Shown here piece by piece: positions 1-9,350 of a DNA stretch of 64,000 nt; the first letter of the stretch is position 1; each line of letters starts with the position of its first letter. The notes beneath the pieces were generated by a model. The model was not told the DNA's origin. It worked only from the letters and a program-made list of their open reading frames with translations, and did not search any database. Source of the DNA: Gammaproteobacteria bacterium (GTDB lineage: Bacteria; Pseudomonadota; Gammaproteobacteria; Steroidobacterales; Foliamicaceae); assembly GCA_009845905.1 (NCBI GenBank), contig VXYS01000009.1, positions 580,325-644,324 of the forward strand. Reading direction: 5' to 3'. A program made the position numbers and the translations under genes.

Positions 1-223
1 CCGGGCCGTAGTGAACCGGCCGGAGCTCCTTGTGGCCGACGAGCCGACCGGCAACCTGGATCCTGAACTTTCGCGCGAGGTGATGAAGCTGTTTCGGCGC
101 CTGGTGGGTTACGGTGTGACCGCGCTGGTGGCCACCCACGATGTGGGGCTGATCGAATCATTGCCCGCCCGCCGAATCAGCCTGCTGAAGGGCAGGGTGG
201 ACTCCGACACTACGCCGTCATGA
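1..223 (+). CDS. ftsE: Cell-division ABC ATPase FtsE, C-terminal fragment (5' end outside window)
   Basis: Frame is open from nt 2. Translation RAVVNRPELLVADEPTGNLD... carries a Walker B/D-loop typical of FtsE. The stop overlaps the next start (ATGA at 220-223) and ftsX follows. Confidence 0.85.
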   Translation, partial: RAVVNRPELLVADEPTGNLDPELSREVMKLFRRLVGYGVTALVATHDVGLIESLPARRISLLKGRVDSDTTPS

Positions 224-1131
224 ATCTGATGCGCTATCTCGAGCGGCACCTCGCCTGCTGCCGGTCGGAAGCCGTTCGGCTGGTTCGCCAGCCCATGGGC
301 AGCCTGCTGACGGTGGCCGCGATCGGGCTGCCGCTGGCCCTGCCCGCGGGCCTGAGCGCGGTGTTGCAGAACATGGAGGGCCTGGCTGCGGCCTGGGGCG
401 AAGCGCGCTCGTTTTCGATTTACCTCAAGCCGAACGTAAGCGTTGCGGTGGCCGAACAACTGGCCGCCGACCTTCAGCGCAATCCCGCCGTCGGGGAGGT
501 TCGGCGGATCAGCCCCGGGGAAGCCCTTGCGATCATGGAGGGCCGCAGCGAGTTTGCCGCGGCGATCGAGACCCTGGAGGAAAACCCCCTGCCGTGGACG
601 CTCGTCATAGCGCCCGCGCCGGGCGCCTCGGAGAACGAATTCCTGGCGCTGCAGGACACCGCGGCCACGCTGGAGGAAGTGGACCAGGTACGGGCCGACA
701 CGCAGTGGCTGCAGAGAATGAGCGCCATACTGGCATTGGCCGGGCAGGCAATGCTGCTGATCCTGGTCATGGTACTGGTGGCGCTTGTCGTCATCATCGG
801 GAATACGGTAAGGCTTGAAATACAGAGGCAGCGGGACGCAGTCGAAGTGATGTCGCTGCTGGGCGCCAGCCGCGGCTACCTGCGCCGGCCGTTCCTTTAC
901 CAGGGGTTCTGGTACGGCCTGGGAGGAGGCCTGCTGGCGGTTCTGCTGGTGCGGCTGGGCCTGTGGACGCTGGGCGGTACTTTCGCCGACCTGATGGCCC
1001 TGTACGAGAGCGATCGCGCGTTGAGCGGCGCCTCGTGGCGACAGGAACTGGCGATCCTGGGGATAGGCGTACTTACCGGCTGGCTCGGCGCCTGGCGGGC
1101 GGTCGCCGGACAGCTCCGAACGATGGAGTAG
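220..1131 (+). CDS. ftsX: Cell-division permease-like protein FtsX
   Basis: 303 aa, translationally coupled to ftsE. N-terminal TM, a large periplasmic loop and three C-terminal TM helices (ILVMVLVALVVIIGN...), which is FtsX architecture. Confidence 0.85.
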   Translation: MNLMRYLERHLACCRSEAVRLVRQPMGSLLTVAAIGLPLALPAGLSAVLQNMEGLAAAWGEARSFSIYLKPNVSVAVAEQLAADLQRNPAVGEVRRISPGEALAIMEGRSEFAAAIETLEENPLPWTLVIAPAPGASENEFLALQDTAATLEEVDQVRADTQWLQRMSAILALAGQAMLLILVMVLVALVVIIGNTVRLEIQRQRDAVEVMSLLGASRGYLRRPFLYQGFWYGLGGGLLAVLLVRLGLWTLGGTFADLMALYESDRALSGASWRQELAILGIGVLTGWLGAWRAVAGQLRTME

Positions 1132-1145
1132 GCGGTTTCGCTCCC

Positions 1146-2120
<975 letters not shown>

Positions 2121-2179
2121 GGCGGTCCATTGTGCAGCGCGCGCACGGCAAAGGAAAGTGTCTTTGTCGCTTCGATCCC

Positions 2180-2279
2180 GCCCTTCCTTTGCTCACCTCC
2201 TCGTTGGAGACGCCATCCTGGCTCGATTCTCGCTGTCCCTGCTCCAACGCTCCCACGAGGAGGGGAGCAAAGGAAGGGC
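2180..2279. repeat. 100-nt palindromic intergenic element (30-nt arms, 28/30 complementary, 40-nt loop)
   Basis: Left arm gcccttcctttgctcacctcctcgttggag (2180-2209) pairs with right arm ctcccacgaggaggggagcaaaggaagggc (2250-2279). The loop begins acgc and holds ccatcctgg (2213-2221) and gtccctgc (2235-2242) 22 nt apart, resembling the tat-flanking elements. Confidence 0.7.
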
Positions 2280-2353
2280 TCAAGCCGGCACCGCTTGCAA
2301 GAGGAACCGAGGGGCTTGCATTACGTTGCGGCCGGGGTTGTGCTGGCCGGGAT

Positions 2354-2395
2354 TGTGTGCATAATATGCGCCTTCTTTTATTATTATGAGCATCT
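2354..2395 (+). promoter_or_regulatory. AT-rich promoter/operator candidate upstream of argR (possible ARG box)
   Basis: An approximately 40-nt AT-rich patch in a GC-rich genome: tgtgcataatatgcgccttcttttattattatgagcatctt. It contains the palindrome GCATAaTATGC (2359-2369) and -10-like cataat/tattat. Confidence 0.3.
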
Positions 2396-2417
2396 TATGC
2401 CAACGGGGACGGACAGT

Positions 2418-2855
2418 ATGGCCCGCCGCCACGAGGTCATCGCGGACATCATCGCGGGTCAGACCGTGGGCAGCCAGGCGCAACTCGGCCGGCTGCTGGC
2501 GGAGCGCGGCATTCGCGTTACGCAGTCGTGCATCAGCCGTGACTTGTCTGTTATAGGCGCGGTCAAGCGGGGGCGCGCGTACTCCGTTGCGTCCTCCGAT
2601 ATTTCCGAGGGGGACCGGCAAACGCTTGCCACTTATGTGCGTGGCCTGGCCAACGCCGGACCCAACCTCGCGATCGTGCGCACAGCGACCGGGGCGGCCC
2701 AGCGGATAGCGCTGTTCCTCGATCGCTGCGGCTGGCCCGAGATCGTGGCAACCGTGGCCGGGGACGACACGATCTTCGTCGCCACCCGCAACCGGGACGA
2801 ACAGCAGGTATTGCTGGCGCGCCTGCGCCGCGAAATGGCCCCGGTTTCTTCCTGA
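2418..2855 (+). CDS. argR: Arginine repressor ArgR
   Basis: MARRHEVIADII...SQAQLGRLLAERGIRVTQSCISRDL is a winged-helix N-domain; the C-terminal GDDTIFVATR motif is typical of the ArgR oligomerisation/arginine-binding domain. An alternative in-frame ATG lies at 2397. Confidence 0.8.
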   Translation: MARRHEVIADIIAGQTVGSQAQLGRLLAERGIRVTQSCISRDLSVIGAVKRGRAYSVASSDISEGDRQTLATYVRGLANAGPNLAIVRTATGAAQRIALFLDRCGWPEIVATVAGDDTIFVATRNRDEQQVLLARLRREMAPVSS

Positions 2856-2880
2856 ACTCAAGGCAAACCGGCAACAACCC

Positions 2881-4107
2881 ATGAGCACATCTCCCATAGT
2901 GCTGGCCTATTCCGGCGGACTGGATACCTCGTTCTGCGTGCCCTGGCTGAGCGAGAAGTATCGGTGCCCGGTGGTCACGCTGACGGTCAATACCGGCGGC
3001 ATCGATTCCGGCCAGGCCGAATCGCTGGAGCGCCGAGCCCTGGCGTTGGGCGCCCGGCGGCATCTGCTGGTGGAGGCGCGCCCGCAGTTCTTCGATGAAG
3101 TGATCCGCCATCTCATTGCCGGCAACGTGCGGCGCGGGCACACGTATCCGCTGTGCGTGGGCGCCGAGCGGGGCGTGCAGGCGAAAATCCTGGCCCGCAC
3201 CGCGCAGGAGCTGGGCAGCGACACCGTGGCGCACGGCTGCACAGCCGCCGGCAACGACCAGTTCCGTTTTGAAATGGCCATGCGCGCGCTGGCGCCCGAA
3301 ATTACCGTGCTGGCGCCGGTGCGCGACGAGTCCTTCCAGCGCCGTGAGCAGGTCGCGTACCTGGCCGAGTGCGGCGCGCCGCAACTTCCGCAGGGCGGCG
3401 ATTACTCGATCAATCGGGGCCTGTGGGGCGTGACGATAGGCGGCCGCGAGACCCTGACTTCCGCGGGCTCCATCCCGGAAGAGGCCTGGGTGCTGTCAGC
3501 GGGTGCGCTGGAGGATCCGCGTCTCCCGGAGTCGCATGAACTGGAATTCGAGGTGGGGCTGCCGGTTGCCTGGGACGGCGAAGCCATGCAGCCCGTGGAG
3601 CTGATCGAGACGCTCGAAGCCGCCGGGAGCCGGTTCGGAATCGGCCGGGGCATCCACCTGGGCGACACGATTCTCGGCTCCAAGGGCCGGGTGGCCTACG
3701 AAGCTCCGGCCGCGGAGATACTCCTGTGCGCGCATCGCGAACTGGAAAAACTCACGCTGGGCGCGGGACAGATGCGGGTCAAGGACACGCTGGCGGCCGT
3801 CTACGGCGACCTGGTTCACGAGGGCAAGCAACTCGATCCGGTCTGCCGGGATATCGAGGCCTATTTCGACAGTTCGCAGGCGCGGGTATCGGGCCGCGTG
3901 CACCTGGCGCTGCAGCCGGGAGCCGTCTGGGTCCGCGGCGTCGAATCGCCCCATTCGCTGCTGGCCGCAAGCCGGGGCGTGTACGGGGAGAAGGCCGGGG
4001 AATGGTCTCCACGCGATGCGCTGGGCGCGGCCCGGGTCATGGCGCTGCCCGGCATGCTGCACAGTCGCGTGGGCGAATCGGCCGAAGGAGGTGGCAGCGA
4101 TGCGTAG
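2881..4107 (+). CDS. argG: Argininosuccinate synthase
   Basis: N-terminal AYSGGLDTS ATP-pyrophosphatase motif, 408 aa, arginine-operon context. Confidence 0.95.
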   Translation: MSTSPIVLAYSGGLDTSFCVPWLSEKYRCPVVTLTVNTGGIDSGQAESLERRALALGARRHLLVEARPQFFDEVIRHLIAGNVRRGHTYPLCVGAERGVQAKILARTAQELGSDTVAHGCTAAGNDQFRFEMAMRALAPEITVLAPVRDESFQRREQVAYLAECGAPQLPQGGDYSINRGLWGVTIGGRETLTSAGSIPEEAWVLSAGALEDPRLPESHELEFEVGLPVAWDGEAMQPVELIETLEAAGSRFGIGRGIHLGDTILGSKGRVAYEAPAAEILLCAHRELEKLTLGAGQMRVKDTLAAVYGDLVHEGKQLDPVCRDIEAYFDSSQARVSGRVHLALQPGAVWVRGVESPHSLLAASRGVYGEKAGEWSPRDALGAARVMALPGMLHSRVGESAEGGGSDA

Positions 4108-5161
4108 CGTAGTGATCGACAAGATGGCCTCGGTCGCCTCGGGCCTCGAACTGGGGCGCGAATTGCGCGTGGGCGAGAGCATTCCCAGCGAGGAAGGCGT
4201 GATCGTGGCCGTGGAAGTCCTGAACGACAAATCCTCGTATAACCGGCTGGAACTGGCCAGCGGCCGAATGGCGCGCGTGCGCAGCGGCGATATCGTGGTG
4301 GGCGCCCTGGGCCACCGCAAGGCCCTGTTCGGGTATTCCGGCCACCTGCCGGAGACCGTAAAGCGCGGCGACGTCCTGCAGTTGCTCAACATAGGCGGCG
4401 TCATAGGCGTGTGCGACTCCGTCAACGCCACGATGGGTTCGCCCTTCGACGTGCGCGTTCTGGGAGTGGTGCTGGAGTTCCCGTACCTGGGCCAACGGGT
4501 CGGCGTGCCCGCGCGGGTCGGTGGGCAGGCGCTGGATGGCGAGGGGCCGGGCGAACTCAACCTCGGGGGCGTTCCGGTCGTGGCCCTGGCCGGAACCTGC
4601 ATGAACTCGGGCAAGACCGCGGCAGCCTGTGCGATTATCGGCCGGCTGCGGCACGAGGGCTACGTGGTGGACGCCTTCAAGGCCACCGGCGTATCGCTGC
4701 GCCGCGACATCCTCGCGATGGAGGACGCCGGCGCGCGAAATACCGCGATCTTCACCGATTTCGGGATCGTCAGCACGGCTCCGGAGAACGCACCGACCCT
4801 GGTGCGTTCGATGCTGCGGCAGATGGCGGCGGCAGCGCCCGACGTGATCCTGTTCGAGTTGGGCGACGGCATACTGGGCGCCTATGGCGTGGAGGCCATC
4901 CTCGCCGACGACGGGATACGCTCGTCCATTTCCTGCCTGCTGCTGTGCGCCAGCGATCCCGTCGCCGCCTGGGGCGGGGCGCGGCTGCTCAAGGAGCTTT
5001 ACGGGATCGAGGTGGCCGCCGTTACAGGTCCGGCCACGGACAACCAGGTGGGACTGGACATCCTGGGGCAGCGGGTCGGCGTGCCGGGCTATAACGCGCT
5101 GACGCAAAGCGCGGAGCTCGGCGAGTTCGTGGCCCGCAACGTCTCGCTGGGGCGGTTATGA
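4100..5161 (+). CDS. Uncharacterised P-loop (SIMIBI/BioD/DUF1611-like) protein embedded in the arg operon
   Basis: ATG at 4100 preceded by ggaggtgg and overlapping the argG stop by 8 nt. Its stop overlaps the argC start (ATGA 5158-5161). Motif GTCMNSGKT (4592-4618) fits the G-T-x4-G-K-T loop. No arginine-enzyme family recognised. Confidence 0.75.
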   Translation: MRSVVIDKMASVASGLELGRELRVGESIPSEEGVIVAVEVLNDKSSYNRLELASGRMARVRSGDIVVGALGHRKALFGYSGHLPETVKRGDVLQLLNIGGVIGVCDSVNATMGSPFDVRVLGVVLEFPYLGQRVGVPARVGGQALDGEGPGELNLGGVPVVALAGTCMNSGKTAAACAIIGRLRHEGYVVDAFKATGVSLRRDILAMEDAGARNTAIFTDFGIVSTAPENAPTLVRSMLRQMAAAAPDVILFELGDGILGAYGVEAILADDGIRSSISCLLLCASDPVAAWGGARLLKELYGIEVAAVTGPATDNQVGLDILGQRVGVPGYNALTQSAELGEFVARNVSLGRL

Positions 5162-6207
5162 GCATTCCGGCCGTAATTCTGGGCGCTTCCGGGTACGTGG
5201 CGGGCGAACTGCTGCGCATCCTCGCCGGTCATCCGGATTTCCGTATCGCCGGGGCGATTTCCGAAAGCAACGCGGGCAAGGCGGTGGAATCCGTGTTTCC
5301 CAACCTCACGGGCATCTGGCCGGAGTTTCGGTTCCGGCCCTTCTCCGAGCTGGACGAGGTGCTTGGGGAGCGTTGCGCTGTTTTTTCCTGTGCTCCGCAT
5401 GGCGCAAGCGCGGGTCTGATCGCGGCAGCGCTGAAGGTGGCCGACGACCGGGGAGCCCGGGTCCGCATCGTCGATGCTTCGGCGGACTTTCGCTTCGCCG
5501 ACGCGGATGCGTACGAGCAGGTTTACGGCGCAGCACATGGCGCACCGGAACTGCTGCCTTCGTTCTCTTGCGCGTTACCGGAACACCGCCCGGAGGCCGC
5601 CACGCGGCATATCGGCCATCCCGGCTGTTTCGCCAGCGCATTGCTGCTGGCGTCGGTGCCCCTGATGCGCCACGGGCTCACCGCTACGCCCCTGTTCGCC
5701 AGCGGCGTTACCGGCAGCACGGGCGCCGGCAAACAACCTCTTCCGACCACTCATCATCCGGTCCGGCATTCCAATATGTTCGCCTACCGTCCGCTCAATC
5801 ACCGGCACGCGCCGGAGGTTGAGGCCGTGTGCGAGGCGGTGAGCGGCGTGCGGCCGGATCTGCGCTTCGTGCCGCACTCGGGGCCGTTCGCGCGCGGGAT
5901 CTACGTGACGATGCAGGCGGGGCTCAAGCAGTCCGTCAGCGCGGAGCGCATCAGGGAGGCGTTTGCGGATACCTATGCCGAGGCTCCTTTCGTGCACGTG
6001 ATCGACGGGCCGCCGAAGCTCAAGGACGTGGTTGGAGGCAACCATGCCCATATCGGGCTCACTGCGGACCAGGGTTCGGTGGCCGTCTTCGTGGTGCTGG
6101 ACAATCTCGTCAAGGGTGCGGCCGGCGGCGCCGTGCAATGGATGAATCGCCTGTACGGTCTTGAGGAGACCGCGGGCCTTGCGGCCGCGGGTCCGGCGTG
6201 GACGTGA
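5158..6207 (+). CDS. argC: N-acyl-gamma-glutamyl-phosphate reductase
   Basis: N-terminal ILGASGYVAGELLRIL Rossmann motif and catalytic-Cys motif GHPGCFASA; 349 aa. Confidence 0.95.
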   Translation: MSIPAVILGASGYVAGELLRILAGHPDFRIAGAISESNAGKAVESVFPNLTGIWPEFRFRPFSELDEVLGERCAVFSCAPHGASAGLIAAALKVADDRGARVRIVDASADFRFADADAYEQVYGAAHGAPELLPSFSCALPEHRPEAATRHIGHPGCFASALLLASVPLMRHGLTATPLFASGVTGSTGAGKQPLPTTHHPVRHSNMFAYRPLNHRHAPEVEAVCEAVSGVRPDLRFVPHSGPFARGIYVTMQAGLKQSVSAERIREAFADTYAEAPFVHVIDGPPKLKDVVGGNHAHIGLTADQGSVAVFVVLDNLVKGAAGGAVQWMNRLYGLEETAGLAAAGPAWT

Positions 6208-7409
6208 GCGTCGCGTCAGGGACGGCGGCCGCCGCCGATGTGCGCGGGGCCGAGGCTGCGCACCTGGCCCAGGTGTACGCGCAATTTCCGTTCGAGGTCG
6301 TGTCGGGCGACGGCGCTTACCTCAACTGCGCCGATGGCCGCCGCTTGCTGGACCTCTACGGCGGGCACGCGGTATGCGCCCTCGGCTACGGGCATCCGCG
6401 GCTGACGCAGGCCATCCGGCGGCAGGCCGGCGAACTGCTGTTCGCCAGCAACGCGGTGGCGTTGCGCGTGCGTGCGCGCGCGGCCGACAAGCTTGCGGAG
6501 TTCGCGCCGCCGGGGCTCGCTCGGGTTTTCTTCGTCAATTCGGGGGCGGAAGCCAACGAGAACGCTCTGCGCCTGGCCTGCAAGCTCACGGGACGCTCGC
6601 GCGTGGTCGCCCTGGAGCATGGTTTTCACGGCCGCACCGCGGCCGCCGGCGCGGTAACCTGGGGCGCGCGCGAGCGCTGGTACGGGTTTCCGGGAATGCC
6701 TTTCGACGTGGCCTTCGCACCCCGCGATAACGCCGCCGCCGCGACATCTCTCATCGATGAAGAAACCGCCGCCGTCATTCTCGAGCCCATACAGGGCCTC
6801 GCGGGCGCATTCGCCCTGAGCGACGAATTCCTGCGCGACGTGCGCGCCGCCTGCGACAGGCAAGGCGCGTTCCTGATCGCCGACGAGGTGCAGTGCGGTA
6901 TGGGTCGAAGCGGCCTGCCGTTCGCTATCTCGCACTCGGGCGTGGCGCCGGACATGATCACGGCCGCCAAGTCCCTGGGCGCGGGCTTTCCCTGCGCGGC
7001 GCTGCTGATGCGCGAGGATATCGCCGTCCAGCTCGGCGGCGGCGACCTGGGCACGACCTTCGGCGGCGGTCCGCTCGCCTGCGCGGCCATCGAGGCGGTG
7101 CTGGACGCGATGGAAGAGGAACAGCTTCCGGCGCAGGCCGCGGAGCGGGAGCGACAGATCCGCTCGACCTGCATTGCGGGCCCGGTCACGGCGATCGACG
7201 GGCGCGGGCTGCTGCTGGGCCTGAAATGCTCCGGCGGCGCGCGGCAGGTTCGTGACGACCTGCTTGCGGTGGACATTCTTACCGGGACCAGTGCGCTGCC
7301 CGAATGGCTGCGCCTGATGCCCCCGCTTAACCTGCGCGAACAAGAGGCGGCGCAACTGGCCGCCGCCGTGCATCAACTCGGCCCTCATCAGGAGCAGGCA
7401 AATGAGTGA
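6198..7409 (+). CDS. argD: Class-III aminotransferase (acetyl/succinyl-ornithine aminotransferase)
   Basis: LLDLYGGHAVCALGYGHP, FVNSGAEANE, DEVQCGMGRSG, and the PLP-lysine region ITAAKSLGAG. GTG start at 6198 overlaps the argC end. Confidence 0.9.
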   Translation: MDVSVASGTAAAADVRGAEAAHLAQVYAQFPFEVVSGDGAYLNCADGRRLLDLYGGHAVCALGYGHPRLTQAIRRQAGELLFASNAVALRVRARAADKLAEFAPPGLARVFFVNSGAEANENALRLACKLTGRSRVVALEHGFHGRTAAAGAVTWGARERWYGFPGMPFDVAFAPRDNAAAATSLIDEETAAVILEPIQGLAGAFALSDEFLRDVRAACDRQGAFLIADEVQCGMGRSGLPFAISHSGVAPDMITAAKSLGAGFPCAALLMREDIAVQLGGGDLGTTFGGGPLACAAIEAVLDAMEEEQLPAQAAERERQIRSTCIAGPVTAIDGRGLLLGLKCSGGARQVRDDLLAVDILTGTSALPEWLRLMPPLNLREQEAAQLAAAVHQLGPHQEQANE

Positions 7410-8418
7410 CATCCAACGATTCGACGACCTTGCGGACTTTTCGCCCGAGCAGATAGCGGCGCTTCTGGCCCTGGCCGGCCGGTTGGAAGAGCATCCGGAA
7501 CCGGAGGCCCTGAAAGGCAAGGTGCTGTCGCTGCTGTTTCTGAATCCATCGCTTCGAACGCTGGCTTCGTTTCAGGCTTCCATGACCCGCCTGGGCGGAG
7601 GCGCGTTCGTGATCTCGCCGGAAATGTCCATCCACGGGCTGGAGACGCGGCCCGGAATCGTGATGGACGGCGCCGCGGCCGAACACGTCAAGGAAGCGGT
7701 GCCGGTGATCGCCTCGTACGGCGACGCGCTGGGCCTGAGGGCGTTCGCCGAGCGCCGCGACCTGGTGGAGGACCTGGAAGACCGCGAGTACCGGAGCATG
7801 GCGGAGTTGGTTTCAACGCCCCTGATCAACATGGAATCGGCGATCAACCATCCCTGCCAGAGCCTGGCCGACTGGAAGACCATGGACGACCTGGGCGCCC
7901 CGGTTTCGGGGGGCAAGTTCGTCCTTAGCTGGGCCTACCATCCGCTGGCGCTTCCGCTTGCCGTGCCGGCGGCGACGATCCAGATGGCGGCCATGCGCGG
8001 AATGGACGTGACCGTGCTCCGCCCGGACGGGTTCGAGCTGCCGCCCCAGGTCATGGACAAGGCCCGTACGCTGGCCGGGCGTTCCGGGGGGTCGATCCGT
8101 GAAACGGACGACCGCTCCGAGGCGCTTGACGGCGCGCACGTCCTGTACGCCAAATCCTGGAGTTCGACGGTTCATTACGGCGACAAGCACGAGGACTACC
8201 AGTTGCGCAACCGGCACGAGGACTGGTGCGTCGACGAAGACTGGTTCGCGCCAGCCGATGAGGATTGCCGGTTCATGCACTGCCTGCCGGTGCGCCGCAA
8301 CGTGGTGGTGAGCGAGGCAGTGCTCGACGGGCCGCGCAGCGTAGTTGTGCCGGAAGCGCGCAATCGGATGTGGGTGCAGATGGCCGTGCTCTACGCGATG
8401 CTGGGGCCGGGACTGTGA
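7402..8418 (+). CDS. argF': N-acyl-L-ornithine carbamoyltransferase (AOTCase/SOTCase family)
   Basis: LFLNPSLRT carbamoyl-phosphate motif, HPCQSLAD and FMHCLPVRRN. Overall colinearity with the Xanthomonas/Bacteroides ArgF' type rather than classical OTC (recalled, not aligned). Confidence 0.85.
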   Translation: MSDIQRFDDLADFSPEQIAALLALAGRLEEHPEPEALKGKVLSLLFLNPSLRTLASFQASMTRLGGGAFVISPEMSIHGLETRPGIVMDGAAAEHVKEAVPVIASYGDALGLRAFAERRDLVEDLEDREYRSMAELVSTPLINMESAINHPCQSLADWKTMDDLGAPVSGGKFVLSWAYHPLALPLAVPAATIQMAAMRGMDVTVLRPDGFELPPQVMDKARTLAGRSGGSIRETDDRSEALDGAHVLYAKSWSSTVHYGDKHEDYQLRNRHEDWCVDEDWFAPADEDCRFMHCLPVRRNVVVSEAVLDGPRSVVVPEARNRMWVQMAVLYAMLGPGL

Positions 8419-9350
8419 ACCGCTCGCGTCCGAGCGGCACCGGCTTCGGGGCGCTGCGGGCCGCGGCGCCGTATCTGCGCTTGTACCGTGGCCGCGTTTT
8501 CGTCGTGAAGCTGGGTGGCGAGGTCTTGAGCCGCAGCAGCCGCATAGAAGCTCTGGTCGAGCAGGCCGGGGTCCTGCAGGCGCTGGGCGTGCGGGTGGTG
8601 ATCGTGCACGGCGGAGGACCGCAGTCGACCGAACTGACCGAGCGCCTGAAACACAAGGCGCGGATGGTGGCCGGCCGCCGCGTAACCGGGCCGGAAGACC
8701 TGAAGGTGGCCTCGTACGTGCTGAACGGCGAGGTCAACACGCAATTGCTCGCCGCCTGCCGGGCCTGCGGTATCCCCGCGGTCGGCCTGTCCGGGGTCGA
8801 CGCCGGCCTGGTGACGGCCCATCGCCGCCCGCCGGTGAAGATGGAAGACGCGGGCGACGAACCGGTGGATTTCGGCTTTGTGGGGGACATCGACGAAGTC
8901 GAGCCGGCGGTTCTGGATCTTGCCCTCGGGGAAGGCCTGATTCCGGTCGTAAGCCCGCTGTCGGCCGACGGCGAGGGCAATCTGCTGAATATCAATGCCG
9001 ACACCGTGGCCGCTTCGCTGGCGGTCGCCATCAAGGCGGAGAAACTGGTTCTCACGATGGCCGCGCCAGGCATACTCGAGGATCGCTCCGATCCGTCCAC
9101 GCTGTTGTCGTATATCGATCTCGCCGGATTGCGCAAGCTACGCGAACAGGGATCGCTGGGCGACGGCATGCTGCCCAAGGCCACGGCCATCGAATCCGCC
9201 ATCACGGGCGGTGTTCCGCGGGTTCACCTGGTGTCCGGGAGCACGCAGGACGCGTTGCTGCGCGAAGTATTCACCAACGAAGGATGCGGAACGCTGGTCG
9301 TGCGCAGCATCGATGCGCTCTCCGCGGCGGAGCAGGAGGCGGCGAAATAA
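8415..9350 (+). CDS. argB: N-acylglutamate kinase (kinase domain only, no fused GNAT)
   Basis: GTG at 8415 overlaps the argF' stop (GTGA). VFVVKLGGEVL amino-acid-kinase motif and VIVHGGGPQ. The ORF-track upstream extension to 8265 lies inside argF'. Confidence 0.9.
   Translation: MNRSRPSGTGFGALRAAAPYLRLYRGRVFVVKLGGEVLSRSSRIEALVEQAGVLQALGVRVVIVHGGGPQSTELTERLKHKARMVAGRRVTGPEDLKVASYVLNGEVNTQLLAACRACGIPAVGLSGVDAGLVTAHRRPPVKMEDAGDEPVDFGFVGDIDEVEPAVLDLALGEGLIPVVSPLSADGEGNLLNINADTVAASLAVAIKAEKLVLTMAAPGILEDRSDPSTLLSYIDLAGLRKLREQGSLGDGMLPKATAIESAITGGVPRVHLVSGSTQDALLREVFTNEGCGTLVVRSIDALSAAEQEAAK

Noticed and set aside
8345-9349. The 732-aa ORF 8345-10543, which looks like a giant fusion upstream of argH.
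   Set aside because: The first roughly 335 residues are an R/G-rich out-of-frame read through argB. Recognisable ArgH sequence begins at MTRLWDKGG (ATG 9350), which overlaps the argB stop.
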